A stretch of DNA of 64,000 nt from Phoronis australis. Lineage: Eukaryota; Animalia; Phoronida. Positions 52,475 to 64,000 of the stretch are shown piece after piece (position 1 is the stretch's first letter; each line of letters begins with the position of its first letter). The notes under the pieces were generated by a model. That model was not told the origin of the DNA. It worked only from the letters and a program-made list of their open reading frames with translations, and ran no database searches. The DNA is taken from NCBI GenBank assembly GCA_002633005.1, contig NMRA01000681.1:1-64000 (forward strand). The letters are read 5' to 3'. A program made the position numbers and the translations under genes.

Positions 52475-52836
52475 AGGATACTAAACCCTGTTTTGATGAT
52501 TTCAACCAATTCTCGTCCTGCCCACTACTAATGCATCATTGGCGCAAATCTTCAAAGATAAAATCTGTAATCATCTAAAGACTCATATTCCCAGTGTCAC
52601 AGATTGGATATTAGGGTTCTTAGTGTTAGTGGGCGGTTTTTCCCAGTCACCGTGTTATTCGCTAAAAGCGTAGGTCACGCTTGCCCGTTTTGGTAGACTT
52701 CGAAATTGTTTTCGAAATTTCCTCCAAACACTTGATAGTTGCCGAAGGTTACAGAGTATTATTTTGTTTTAGAGAGATGGATGGGAACGTCGTTTTAAAT
52801 ATCTATTCAAAGGCCAAAACTGGGTTTGTCATCCTT
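52475..52836 (+). mobile_element. TTAA-type (Kolobok-like) MITE
   Basis: TTAA|aggatactaaaccctgttttg ... caaaactgggtttgtcatcctt|ttaa, i.e. inverted termini. Confidence 0.7.
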
Positions 52837-53034
52837 TTAATTTTTGCATCACCTGACAAGACCAAAACTCTCTCATTGGCTCATTCTAACCTTGTGTACT
52901 TCATTTACGCTGTTTACTATTATTGTACCAGCTTGAAGACTATAAGCAGCTTCTCGTCTGCGCTCGCCCTAACAAACCAGTGCAACACCGACACGTGTGC
53001 GCTGTCACTATGGTAATTAATGCATCAGCTCAAA

Positions 53035-54345
53035 CATTAGAGAACAAGTCAATGAACTAAAAAGTTTTCTGACGAAACTAGTTTCGAAACATGAAAAACA
53101 TGCATAAATATGACCAAATTGCGGTATATGCTGAATGCGGGGTTACGTTTCTTCTTGTAAATTGTTGACAAAAAGGCTTTCTACACGAACCATGTTATCT
53201 ACTCGTATTTTTGACGAGTTGAAAATATATTTGACGATGGTGGCTCATCGCATTTTGCAAGTCACTTCTGGTTTAATTTGTTGATCAAGAATATTAACAT
53301 CAAGCACAGCCTTGGTCCTGGTAGTGAATGAGTTAGGGACTACCGGGACGACTAACAGTTGATTTGTCATTAACCTGCAAGAATGATGGATGTTATTGAA
53401 ATTATTTTTCATTAAAATAAAAAAACAGGATGTAACGGAAGCTAAAAATGTTTTACCATCAATTTTGCTTTCTTGGTTTTAATAATGCTTACACATATTT
53501 CATGTTTTAGGTTTCAAACATCAATCTGGACCAGGTTGATTTTTAAAATTAAAACATCCTACGGTAGTTCGTTTGTTCAAAGCATAACCTGAAAAAAACA
53601 TCTCGTTTTAGAGAGAACAAGAATAGTTATCATGTTCCTTCAGGGACCTCGTTCATCCGAGGGGAAAGGTGCCTGTGCCTTCTGAGAGGGGATTTTTTGC
53701 CGAGTGAGGAGAAAATTCTACCTCCCGATCACCATCAGTAGCATCCGCGCCCTGTTGCAAGCTCTCATGGGCTCTGTTTCAAGTAGCATTTTGTGCTCTT
53801 TCAAATTGCCACTTGTGTGGTTACAAGTGATTTGAACTTCGAGGAGAAAATTTCAATCACTTTAGGGGAATTCTTAGGCCTCGTGAGGGGACTCGCGGCG
53901 TGATTTTTCAATATTTTTTAGAGAGAAATAAGGCCGATATTCGGCCCCAAAATCGAGGGATTGAGGGACCTGTCCTTTTTGGAAACAAATGCACCATGTT
54001 TCAACAAGTAGTCATGAAAACACAACCTGGCTGGCCGAAGGTTCACCCTGACCGGTCGTTGCTATGACTTGCTCGGCAACTGAGATGTAACAGAATATGA
54101 TCAAACTTTCGAAAACATTTATAAATTTTACCGGGAAATGTTTTCCTTCGTCGCTGGGTATGGCAACCACCCAACGCTTCCGAATCTCAACGTCCTTAGG
54201 GATTGGGAAAAAAGACAGCTGAATGTCCATATTTTTGCTATCGCCTGGTTCGAGCAATGCGGAACACAACTATGTCGTAAAAAGCCCATTAACGGAGCTA
54301 TCGTAGTGAGCCTCGTTTTGGAGTGCGCTTCTTGTATGCGCCTGT
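53035..54345. mobile_element. Second copy of the ISL2EU-like element, with THAP remnant on the minus strand
   Basis: Colinear with 33036-34630. Minus strand reads SCVPHCSN-[frameshift]-LSFFPIPKDVEIRKRWVVAI..DEGKHF (THAP). Confidence 0.75.
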
Positions 54346-54775
54346 GCCCGGTTGCACGAAACAGTCCCAACTAGGGACTCGACCATAAGTTCCCTAAATT
54401 TCCTGCGTATTTGTGGACTTGTGAAAACATTGATTGTCTTCTTGTCTTGTTTTAATTTCACTATAAAGTCAACTTTTGACTTTGATACAAATCGAGGTGA
54501 ACTCTACGTTGAATTGCCGACAATGTTTTCGAAAATAAGTAGGGTTCTTTTCATGCAACACTCCAAATTTAAGGACGGAGTCCCTATTTATTTTCAATGA
54601 ATTCAGGGCTCAGATTTTAGTTATTTAGAAAATGTCATTAATCAAAGAGGGGCTCATAACAAAGATGAAACGATGGAAAAATATTGCATATGTGAGTACA
54701 TAAAGACACAAATACGCAAAGACTTGGGGACCTTAGTTGAGTCCCTTTTCGGGCCTGTTTCAGCGCAACCGGCCA
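54345..54775. mobile_element. MITE with TIRs ggttgcacgaaacagtccc / gggcctgtttcagcgcaacc
   Basis: Inverted termini. A reverse-oriented homologue lies at 56127-56572. Confidence 0.65.
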
Positions 54776-55641
54776 CGAAGTTATACCAGTGCCCTAATTT
54801 TTCACGCTTAAACCCTAGTGTAGCGCCTGACCTACTACTGTCAGCCAGAAAGTGTCCAGCAACATAGCTTGACCCATTTTTGCAGTGTATTGCAGTGATA
54901 ACAAAACCACTGAAAACTGGTCTCGGTAAGATATAGCGCCTTTATTGGTTAGTCAAACACATCAAATAATTGTTAGACGAGGAAAGACTACAGAAACTAA
55001 TGATGTACCACAATATAGTATACCATAAATGCAGTATAACAACAAGCAGGTTAAACAAATTGTAATTTTCACGCGCCGGGGTGCTTACAATACCTTGTTT
55101 TTCAAAATGTGACAAAACTAGAAAGTGATATATAAATGCTTGACAAAAATGCCTTGAAAATTTTCAGATGTAGCACGAATGCTTATTTGTACCACTATAA
55201 ATACTCTATAGTCTATGGTGTCACAGATGTTCCAGGGGACGTTGAGTGGACCCGGCTTATCAGATTCCCAGTTTTGGACGTGGGCCAATCGGACATTTAG
55301 TGCGTAAGAACTTGATGTAAACAAGTTGTTTGGATTGACAGGAGGGTGTAACTGAGTAGCGAAACCTGATTGGTCAGCCTGACTGGGTCTTTCCTCCGGT
55401 TGAAAATGTAGGCGGACCTTTTCGGAAAGGTCGTTATTGGCGTTGATAAAAAAACCCCGTAGTCAATAGGCCTGCAACCAATATTATTCACGGAATACAT
55501 TATTTGGCAACTAGTAGCCTATGGGTCGGACTTAAGTACATTTAATTCACGTCGTTTTCTGCATCGTAAGTTGATGAGTCTCGGTGCGCTGTGACCCGGG
55601 TATGTTCAATTAAAAACACTGACAGGTAAAAACTCGTCTCA

Positions 55642-55771
55642 ATGGCACTCTCAACAGCCGCCATGTCATACAAAACGGTGTTTCCTCTGCACCTGAGTGA
55701 AGGTTTGAGGGAGAAGATCGCATTAGGCACTGCCTGCCTCCTGGTGTTCATGGTGACAGCAACGTTGAAGG
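55642..55771 (+). CDS. Paralogue B exon 1 (MALSTAAMSYKTVFPLHLSEGLREKIALGTACLLVFMVTATLK)
   Basis: Homologous to 44318-44453. Donor AGG|gtatgt, phase 1. Confidence 0.8.
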
Positions 55772-58700
55772 GTATGTAAGTGCAGTTATGCTCTCAAAAT
55801 AATACGCCGGTTAATCATATGCTTATATCTCGATTATTACGCCAGTGAGCCTACCGCGGGCTCGATTTACTGACAGACAGACTGTAGAGGCCTGTTCAAA
55901 AAGTCGCAACTTACTTGGTACTGATAACTGATGTACGCCACGGTCATTGTTGCGTTCAATCGATTATGTTCATGGCCCCTGTGGCTTTTATTGTATTTTT
56001 TGTTCCCTTTGCCATGACCTAGCTCACCCCGCCAGCCGGGGAGTTGATGTTCCCTGCGCATGTGCGAATATCAGACGTACGCCTAGTGTTCTCCAGTTTC
56101 AGTTAACTGCCCCGGTGTGGGGACCTGTGTCGCGTTGCATGAAACAGTCCCGAATATAGGGACACAACTAAAAATATAAGTTCCCTAAATCTTTTGCCTA
56201 TTTGTGTCTTTCCTTACTGATAGATGTAAACATTTTTATGTCAATTCAGCTTTATTATGAGTTCCTGTTAACTAATTGATATTTTCTAACAACATAACTA
56301 AAAACTGAGCGCTGAATTCAATGAAAATAAATAGGGACTTAGTCCCTAAATTAGGGGCGCTGCATGAAAAGATCCCAATTATTTTCGATAAAATTGAGAA
56401 TTCAACGTCGAGTTCACTCTCGACTTTGTATCAAAGTCAAAAGGTGACTTAGTTATGAAACTAAAACAGCATAAGGAAGGACAATCGGTGTTTTCACAAA
56501 TCCATAAATACGCTGTAGATTTAGGGAACTTGGTTGAGTCCCTATTTGGGACTGTTTCATGCAAACGAGCACTGTACTACTACGTGTTTCGACTGGTCAA
56601 TGAGAACGTACGGCGTCGTCATGAGCAATTTGATGTAGGAATACAACACTAGGCGGACAAAATTGTCTTTCGACAATTCTCTCCAATAGCAGTTGTGTGG
56701 CAAACTGAAAACTTTTCACGGCGTGACCAGCAACGACGGCCCAGGCAGTGCGACTCGGTAGCAATAGTGCTGTGAAAAAATCAGGGATATCGGTGAAAGT
56801 TCGTCATAAAACGATGCATTATGTCGTTGATTTAACACAATTCATATTGTAAATAATATCTTATGAAGATGTACATGTGCTACAAAAGTTTCAGCTAAAA
56901 GTGTGCTCAGATTAGTAAAAATACGATGAGATGCTTAAGAATTAGTCGAATTTTAACCAGAATAGACCGTTTAACCTTATAATTACCAATCAGGGGCGGA
57001 TCCAGGATTTTGAATTAAGGGGGGCCAAAGCAGAGTATTAGCCAGGATTTTGCCGTCAGACATTCGCAGCCCCCAACTGCCACATGGAATCTGGACGAAT
57101 TTTAGGTTGGCCATGGCCCTCTTGGCACCCCTCTAAATCCGCCACTGCCAATAGTTCTCGAGGAGTATAGTCGGATAGGTTACATGAGGAAGATTGGATG
57201 TATTTGCAAATGGTGAATTAAAGTGAGAACACAGATAACAAGTATTAGGCCATTGTCATTAACCATTTTGGACAGAGTGAAAACGATGTAAAAAACATTT
57301 TACAATTTTTCCTATCAACCAACTTCAAGTGCTGTTACTTCTGTGTTGGCACAAATCACTTTGCTGATGCAATGGCCACGGCATCACAGATCACGGCGAT
57401 CAAGTTAGTCAGGTTTGTTGTATAATTTCGTTGGAATTTTTTGGGGAAAGTGAAAACTATACATTTTTGGAAACCTCATAGAATGACAAATCAGAAAATA
57501 ATTGATTCCACTTTTGGCCGCCATGTTGGCGGCCATGTTGGATTTTAAAAATTGCGCCGATAAAATGGATTTTGCCCAATATCTCCGCTTTTGAGTCACT
57601 TAGAATGCTGGTTTTTATGGCTACACCTGCATTTCTCAGGTCAAGGAATTGGAAATTTTAATTTTATTGGCTGCCATATTGGATTTTTAAAAATGGCGCC
57701 CTTAAAATACATTTTCCTCAGTATCTTGAGTCACATTGAATGTTAGTTTTTTAAAACTGGCTGCACCCACATTTTTGTGGTCAAGAAATCTGAAAATGCA
57801 ACTTATTAAACATAATCAAAACCCCTTTTATTAGCAGCCACATTTTCTAAATGTATTCTTCATTTAATCCAACACATATGATCACTATCTTACTTTCTTG
57901 TATATTTTGTTCGGAGCTTGTTTCCTTCAAGACACTTAAACTAAACAATTACCTAAACAACTTATTTACGTTTGAAGAACACGAAAGTGTGTTTTTGTAG
58001 TCTCAATAGTCTTTCAAACTTTGAAATCAGTCTCTAGATCATTACTTTAGCCATTACTGTCACCAGGAATCCCATCATCATCGCCATTCTGACATTCTGC
58101 ACTATACTGACATAGATCTCCGTAAGATAGGTCTTTTGATCAGCAAGAGCATCTTTGGGAAGAGGAATTGTTTTTGCACTGGCATCTAACCATCTCAATG
58201 ATAGCCTCTGGCGCCGGAAGCTCCTCAGTTGTGAGGGTTTCAGCTGGTCAGTGAACCTGACTAAGTACTAAGGATTGGTATCTAACATTTCATGAACACA
58301 GCGGTTTGGAATGTTTCAGAGTAAAAATATAGGTGCATTCCGTGCGCGCACACGGACTAAAAAATGGGGGGGCTCGAATTTTCCAGCCTCTTTTACTGGA
58401 CTGTTGTCTCGGTTCCTACTTTTTGTCGGAGTTTTGTTTCTCAAGGGCGGACCTTTTTGCCCACTTCGCCAAATTTTGCTCATGACGGCGCCGCACTCCT
58501 CATGACCACTCCAAACACGTAGTACAGGTCCCCACACCGTGAGTTTGACGGTAACATGACGCACTAGTCATAAAACTAAAGTTCACAGATGCGATTCACC
58601 TCCGAGGGAAATTTGAGCGGGCTACGAAAATACTGAAGTGGGTGGGCATTGATAAAAAAGTAAAATATTTCACTTTTTCCTAGGGGCGCGCTGTTTTTCT

Positions 58701-61700
58701 GGGAAACTTGAAAACATTTCTTTCATTTCAAAAACCTCCTGTCTGGTTTCAACTCCAGACGGCAGCAGTTTCCAAATCGAGGCTAAATCAGATACCACTT
58801 TAGTTCGTGGGCCTTAGCTCCAGTCATGTCAAGGGGTGGGGGCAACTCCGTTTTACCTGTGGGGCTAGAGAAGTCTTCATGCATTTGATATTCCGCCGAA
58901 TAGTCCCCACATTTTTTGTACAAGCAAACTTTTAAGCTCTCCTAATATAAAGTGATTTAGCATGTGATGACGCTGTATGTTTCCTGTTTAGCCAATCACA
59001 CGATTTAACTCCTATGCTAACATTTCGGGTTTTGTTACCCCAACGCCTAAGCGAGCTTAGGCAAGACTAGTGGCTAACCTGTCCTAATCTATTCACAAAT
59101 TAATGGTGAAGAAAACCTATTGGCTAATTTCTTCTATAAAGCGTCGGTTTTAAAAATTTAAAAACGACTACTGTTCACTTTTCAATTTTAAAAACACTCA
59201 TTTGGGTAAACAGTGCACAGTTTCTTGTACACTTACGTGCAAATCCTGTTAGCGTAATATTTGTCTGACAAGCTCAGGAGTTGAGAAGAGTAATTCACGA
59301 TGTCAGATTCATTAAAATACCGGATGATGATAAAATAAAACTTATAGCGGGGATTTCTCCAGCTTTCTCGTTCTCTTGATATCCATTACACACAATGCAA
59401 ACATGAACGAATATTTTACTAAGCTTAAACTTAAAGTGCAGTGTTTTTGTGACTTAGTTTGTGTCAAAGTTTTTGCTGTTCAATGAATGATCATTACTGG
59501 TGTCACACTTGATCTTTTTACTCTAAAAACAATGCTGGCAGCCGTCTGTCTCGAGAGACAATGGATATATACGAGCCCTCTGTCATTGATTGAATTCTAG
59601 GGCTATATTCCACGGTTGGATGGCAGCGTCGGCTGTAACTAAGTCCGATTCTGGAGCGGCAGGTTCTGTTGCAATTGTCACAGGTGTATGTTTGACGAGT
59701 GTTCAGCAGGAGCTGCCTGACCCGTCCTCTGGTGCAGGGTGTATTTCTAGGAAAGTGACACTGGATGACAACGACTTTCGGACGGATCCGATTACCGGTG
59801 TGTCCCCAAGTGGCAGTTTTGCTTTTTAGGGCTTCCCCAGTATCTGCGAAATTCTTTGACAGATTCTCATGAAACACGGCAAAGAAGTTTCTAATTAGAG
59901 ACGACAAGACTTTCCAATGTTTTCGACGTATTGTATGTTTTGCTAGTCTGGTTTTTAATACCTTCCACTAATCAGTTTGTTAGTTCGAGCTTCAGGCGTC
60001 GACCACAACATAATACTGGCATTTGGAGCTCAAGCATAAATATTCTCTGTTCACACGACTAATTTTTTAAGATATAAAGATGCCGAAAAAATGGATAGGC
60101 CCTACCATGAGCCATGTCCCCGTGAGTCGGCTTACTGCTTTTAGCGCTTAGGGCGAGTTCGTCTACGGTTGCCGCGCAGGGAGAGCAGGCAGCCACTGCG
60201 GCCGGGATGCACAGAACCATAAGATCCACTTCTTGTAACACCGGGTAAATGTGGTACAGTTGCAGGTTACAAAACCTTGAAGCTCCAAAGGGTTCTTAAG
60301 CAGGTACCTTTCTGCGCGTTGAAAGATGCTTAATCAACGCGCCGAATTAGTTATTCAATGCGCTGAATTAACTCTTAAACGATCGTTGTGTTATTCAACG
60401 CGCCATTTTGTCGTAATCAACGCGCGTTGTTATTCGTATCGAAGACAAGTTGACGGTCAGTATAAGGTTAACGGCGCCATCATTTACGTGCTCATGTGAA
60501 CAATCTTCGAAACTGGCCTTGCCCACATGTAGGAAGTCTTCCCCCACTTTGAGATTTTAGAGCTCTGGTGTGATTGGACTATACTGAACTGATTAAAAGT
60601 ACGGGTTGAATCACAGGCGTCCGCAGCTTCTTATCATCCCCAATACAATACTAGTATTATATATTGTGTATTGGGGACGATCAGAAGTTGAAGGACGCTT
60701 GCGGGTTGAATAAGCATGCTTTGCCGAATCAATGAAGAACAGAAAGTTATGTATAAGTTTAAGAACCTTCTCAGCGCGTTGAATAAGTAATACTGATTAA
60801 GGAAAAGTGCGCGTTGAATAAGCACATTTCAACGCGCAGAACTGAAAGCTACTCGTTTCAGAACCCCTTGACACTTCATACAAAGCCAGTTCTGGGTGAA
60901 GTCACATAAGGTTTGGTATCCGTAATGTGTTTTCCTCGCATAAATAATTAGGTCCATGATTTCCTTCTGCCAACAGTTGAATGGTTGCTCTTTGCCAAGG
61001 ACATTTTTCTACAATACTGCAACACCAGTGACGATGTTCCATTGCCTGCGAGCGATGGTCTACTTCACAGATGGCGTCTTCAAAATGTCCCACTATTCAT
61101 TGCTGGTTCACTGACCGTCTCGTTCCTTGTGTTGTATGGCGTCGGTACATTCTTCCACTACAATTACTACGTCAGACAAAGAGATAAGGTGAGGCCTAGA
61201 AGAATTCCACGTAGAGCTAGTATTGCTGCTTTGTGATTAAGTCTGTTTAGAAATGCGATTTGGTTCCCCTACCCTAATTTTAACGACTGAGACGTGAGAT
61301 TTGAGAGATTGATCGCTGCCCGAGGGGTACAATTTCCAAATCTCATTCTGGGTTACGGGTCCCCTGGCAAGGAGGTACTCTTGGGTCCCTTGACACTGAA
61401 CACAACTGTTCACTGGAGCAAAAATGTAGATAAAAGGTGAAATGCATGAATATTTGTTGGTACTTCCAACGAAACCTGCGCTCGGGGTCTAATTTTCTTA
61501 CTCTAGAACTCAAAATTAGTTTTACTTTCCCATTCCACTTCTGTGCGAACTAAAAATAACCATCAACTAATCTGTGCTCGAGTATATTAGGATTCATGTG
61601 TCCAATCCATGTTCGTACAGTATACACTTGATGATCTCTAGAATTGGGGTTCGAGAAAACTCGAGATTTCGGACTTAAATCTTTTATGTTGCCACGGGCC

Positions 61701-63571
61701 ATCAAGTACTTGGCAGTCATCCACGTAAGCACCACATAACGACAGACAAATATAATACCATTTTCACTTTTTGTAACTTGGAAAAACTCAAGTGCATACA
61801 CGGTTGTAATATAGAAAATGCAGGGCCTTGAATATCTTTTGGTCTCTTGAAACCCACTATCACTAACGTTCTTGAAATTTTGTGAAAAGATCTATCTTTC
61901 ACTCCAACACAGCCTTTTTTCGTTTCATACAACCACATTTCGATGGACGCTACCCCAACTGAATTCCGCATTGATAAAGGACAAAAGCTTCAACATAAAA
62001 CTGGAACAAAAACCAAGGAAATTTTTTATTCAGACCGACAAACCACGTTCATCATTTTGAACTTAACAGCACATACTATTTGGTTTTATTCTTATTTAGT
62101 TCAATCATCTAATGGTTTTAGTCAATAAATATTGCACCAAACAGAGGAGTTTACCGCCCAACAGATTTTTTGGATTCCCTTTGTTTCATAATCACCGGTA
62201 CGCCCTCAAGGTGGATGTAATTTCAATATGCATACATAAGGAATGCTACACGTTCCTGTCTTTAGGACAGTATGCACGCTACAATTTTTGTGATGGATAA
62301 TTTCACTGTCAAAGAGTCGCCGACTGTAGTCTAGGGGACCTCTTGTAGATTTGCATTTTGTTTCAAATTTCCGCAGCTGAGACAGACACTGAATTGCCCG
62401 AGATTGTGGCAGTGTTCACACAAATCACTTTTTACACAGAACCAGAAACTGAAAATCAGAACCCCAGAGGTTCATATCATTTGGTTATTTTTTAGCCAGA
62501 AGTGTGGAAGTGCCAACCAGATCGGTTCTTGACGCCATCTTTGGAGCGACAAGAGATAATGCTAGGTTCGGTGAACCTTGTGATTGGTTCATGTATCAGC
62601 GGTTCTCTTGCGTGCTACATCAACAACGGAGGTATTGTGATGGTTAACATGGCAACATAGAGATATAGATTGATGCTGGACTTTACATTGGAATCCATTA
62701 TGTTATGTTTCATTTCACCCTGCCGCGGCTAAAAATGAAAATGGGGGCCTTTTACTCATACACAATAGTAGTCTCATTATATTTCTTGCCGTTATAAGAT
62801 AGGAGTCCATTTCCGTTCATAGCAAGAACGAAAACGCTTCATAGAACTTTTACATACTTATTAGAGTTGGCCAACCCTAAGATCGCGAATTTGAAAACAG
62901 CGCATATGTACTCATTGCCCGTGGCCTAATTTGCCGGTTCATTCGGCAACAATTCAAGATCGGGATGAATGCGGTAATATTTTTTTAAACCCAAAAGTCG
63001 AGCTTCAGCATTCAGTGAAATACATGCTTTCTGTCAGAAATTGTTATTTTTTTATTTAGATTACTTACCGTTATGAAATTAATCTCAGTTTGTACCTTGA
63101 TCAAAATAGGTGAGATTTCTGTGTTTGGAAAGAATTGATAGTGTGTTATTTTTCGACCAAGCTCATAAATTTCAGATCACGGCGTGACCTGAGATTTCAT
63201 TGGGCTTAGTCTAAAGAAATGTCAGTGAACCAATATGCAATCTCTTCAGACAGTCAATGACACCTTTGATAAACAGTGATTATCATTTTGCATTCTTATT
63301 ACAGGCAAATCAATGGTGTACATGAACATGTATGAGTATGGCATTCCCTATTTCATTTTCTCAATTCCCGCCTTCTACTTGACGGTTGATGGTTTTGCGT
63401 ACTACGTTCACATGGCACTTCACTGGCCAATATTCTACAAGAGCATTCACAAGTATCATCATCGATTTTACGCACCGACAACATTTGCAGCTGTCGCCAT
63501 GCATCCAGTGGAGTTTATAGCACTGAGCAGCGCAATCTTCGTCCCATTGTTCATAATTCCAGTGCATGTGT
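55642..63571 (+). CDS. Sterol desaturase (SC5D-like) paralogue B, 3'-partial; join(55642..55771,60977..61188,62496..62631,63305..>63571)
   Basis: Same exon phases as paralogue A. Exons 3 and 4 have identical lengths to A (136 and 267 nt). HMALH and HKYHH intact, frame open. Last two exons expected beyond the window. Confidence 0.9.
56127..56572. mobile_element. MITE, inverted copy of the 54345-54775 family
   Basis: TIR gttgcatgaaacagtccc / gggactgtttcatgcaa. Interior is reverse-complementary to 54360-54760. Confidence 0.7.
56991..57147. mobile_element. 157-bp hAT-type MITE with 5-bp TSD
   Basis: ccaat|caggggcggatcc ... aaatccgccactg|ccaat. Confidence 0.8.
57406..58263 (-). mobile_element. 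Non-autonomous AcademX-like element with 10-bp TIR and 3-bp TSD
   Basis: agt|tagtcaggtt ... aacctgacta|agt. Minus strand encodes PAPEAIIEMVRCQCKNNSSSQRCSC*...DLC..ECQN (decayed C-terminal Cys8/CXC finger). Subterminal gccatnttggattt repeats. Confidence 0.7.
59535..59705 (-). mobile_element. RTE-clade LINE 3' end fragment
   Basis: YTCDNCNRTCRSRIGLSYSRRC (RTE C-terminal Zn-knuckle, SRIGL motif), followed by a 3' tail with ccattgtctctcgagagacagacgg. Confidence 0.7.
60277..60879. mobile_element. ~600-bp MITE with imperfect TIRs and ttattcaacgcgc subrepeats
   Basis: Left tgaagctccaaagggttct..ttctgcgcgttgaaagatgcttaatcaacgcgc matches the reverse complement of 60808-60879. Confidence 0.65.
60977..61188 (+). 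CDS. Paralogue B exon 2
   Basis: ccaacag|..EWLLFAKDIFLQY...LLHRWRLQNVPLFIAGSLTVSFL...YVRQRDK|gtgagg. Confidence 0.9.
62496..62631 (+). CDS. Paralogue B exon 3
   Basis: ttttag|PEVWKCQPDRFLTPSLERQEIMLGSVNL...NNG|gtattg. Confidence 0.92.
63305..63571 (+). CDS. Paralogue B exon 4 (His boxes 1 and 2)
   Basis: ttacag|...DGFAYYVHMALHWPIFYKSIHKYHHRF...PVHV|gtaagt. Confidence 0.94.
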
Positions 63572-64000
63572 GTAAGTTGGGTGTATCAGTTTCTACGAAT
63601 TTCGTATCGTATCTCACGCATATTTCATCTACTTCCGAAAAAACCCAATAGTTTGAAAATTGAAAATATTGAGTGAAGATCCCTTTTGGAACCAAAGAAC
63701 AGTACCCTGATGTGGAATTGTATGCAGCCGTTTCGTCCAATATCTCGCGGACTTGATTCACCACCGGGTGCACTCTCTATCGTTGTAGAATAAAACGATA
63801 AAAACTACTGGGGATTCTCCACAAGTCGGGGGAATCCCGTAACAGATCTGAATACACTGCAGACAGATCTAGTCCGTGAGTGCACCCCAGCCTGTAATAT
63901 GGGTGGGGGGGGCTCGAATTTCCGACGATGTGGACCTTTTACTAACAAAAAAGTGAGAGGACTAAAAAAAGAACTGGGTACCACGTTCGGAGCTGTGAAA

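Noticed and set aside
53069-53090. ctgacgaaactagtttcgaaac resembles a hammerhead core
   Set aside because: Stem II does not close properly. The paralogous copy at ~33071 shows it arose by deletion within a coding stub.

Overview
Repeat-rich, AT-rich animal (probably invertebrate) genomic DNA with spliceosomal introns. The only intact host genes are two tandem, same-strand paralogues of a fatty-acid-hydroxylase-superfamily sterol desaturase (lathosterol oxidase/SC5D-like). Gene A is complete: 6 exons, 44318-49804, 344 aa. Gene B has 4 exons visible, 55642-63571, and runs off the window. Bases ~3090-24475 are a highly diverged, mosaic tandem array of a ~1.9-kb unit. It is invaded by Helentron/DINE-1-like (HINE) non-autonomous elements whose ~145-bp core repeats each carry a CTCF-like motif. 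The rest is a mix of decayed or internally deleted transposons (Kolobok-like, ISL2EU-like, AcademX-like, hAT with 5-bp TSDs, several MITE families, RT fragments of three LINE types, a Penelope-like fragment) and minisatellites (57, 29, 16 and 13 bp). Most ORFs in the supplied track are spurious. All family assignments come from motif recognition by eye, not from database searches.
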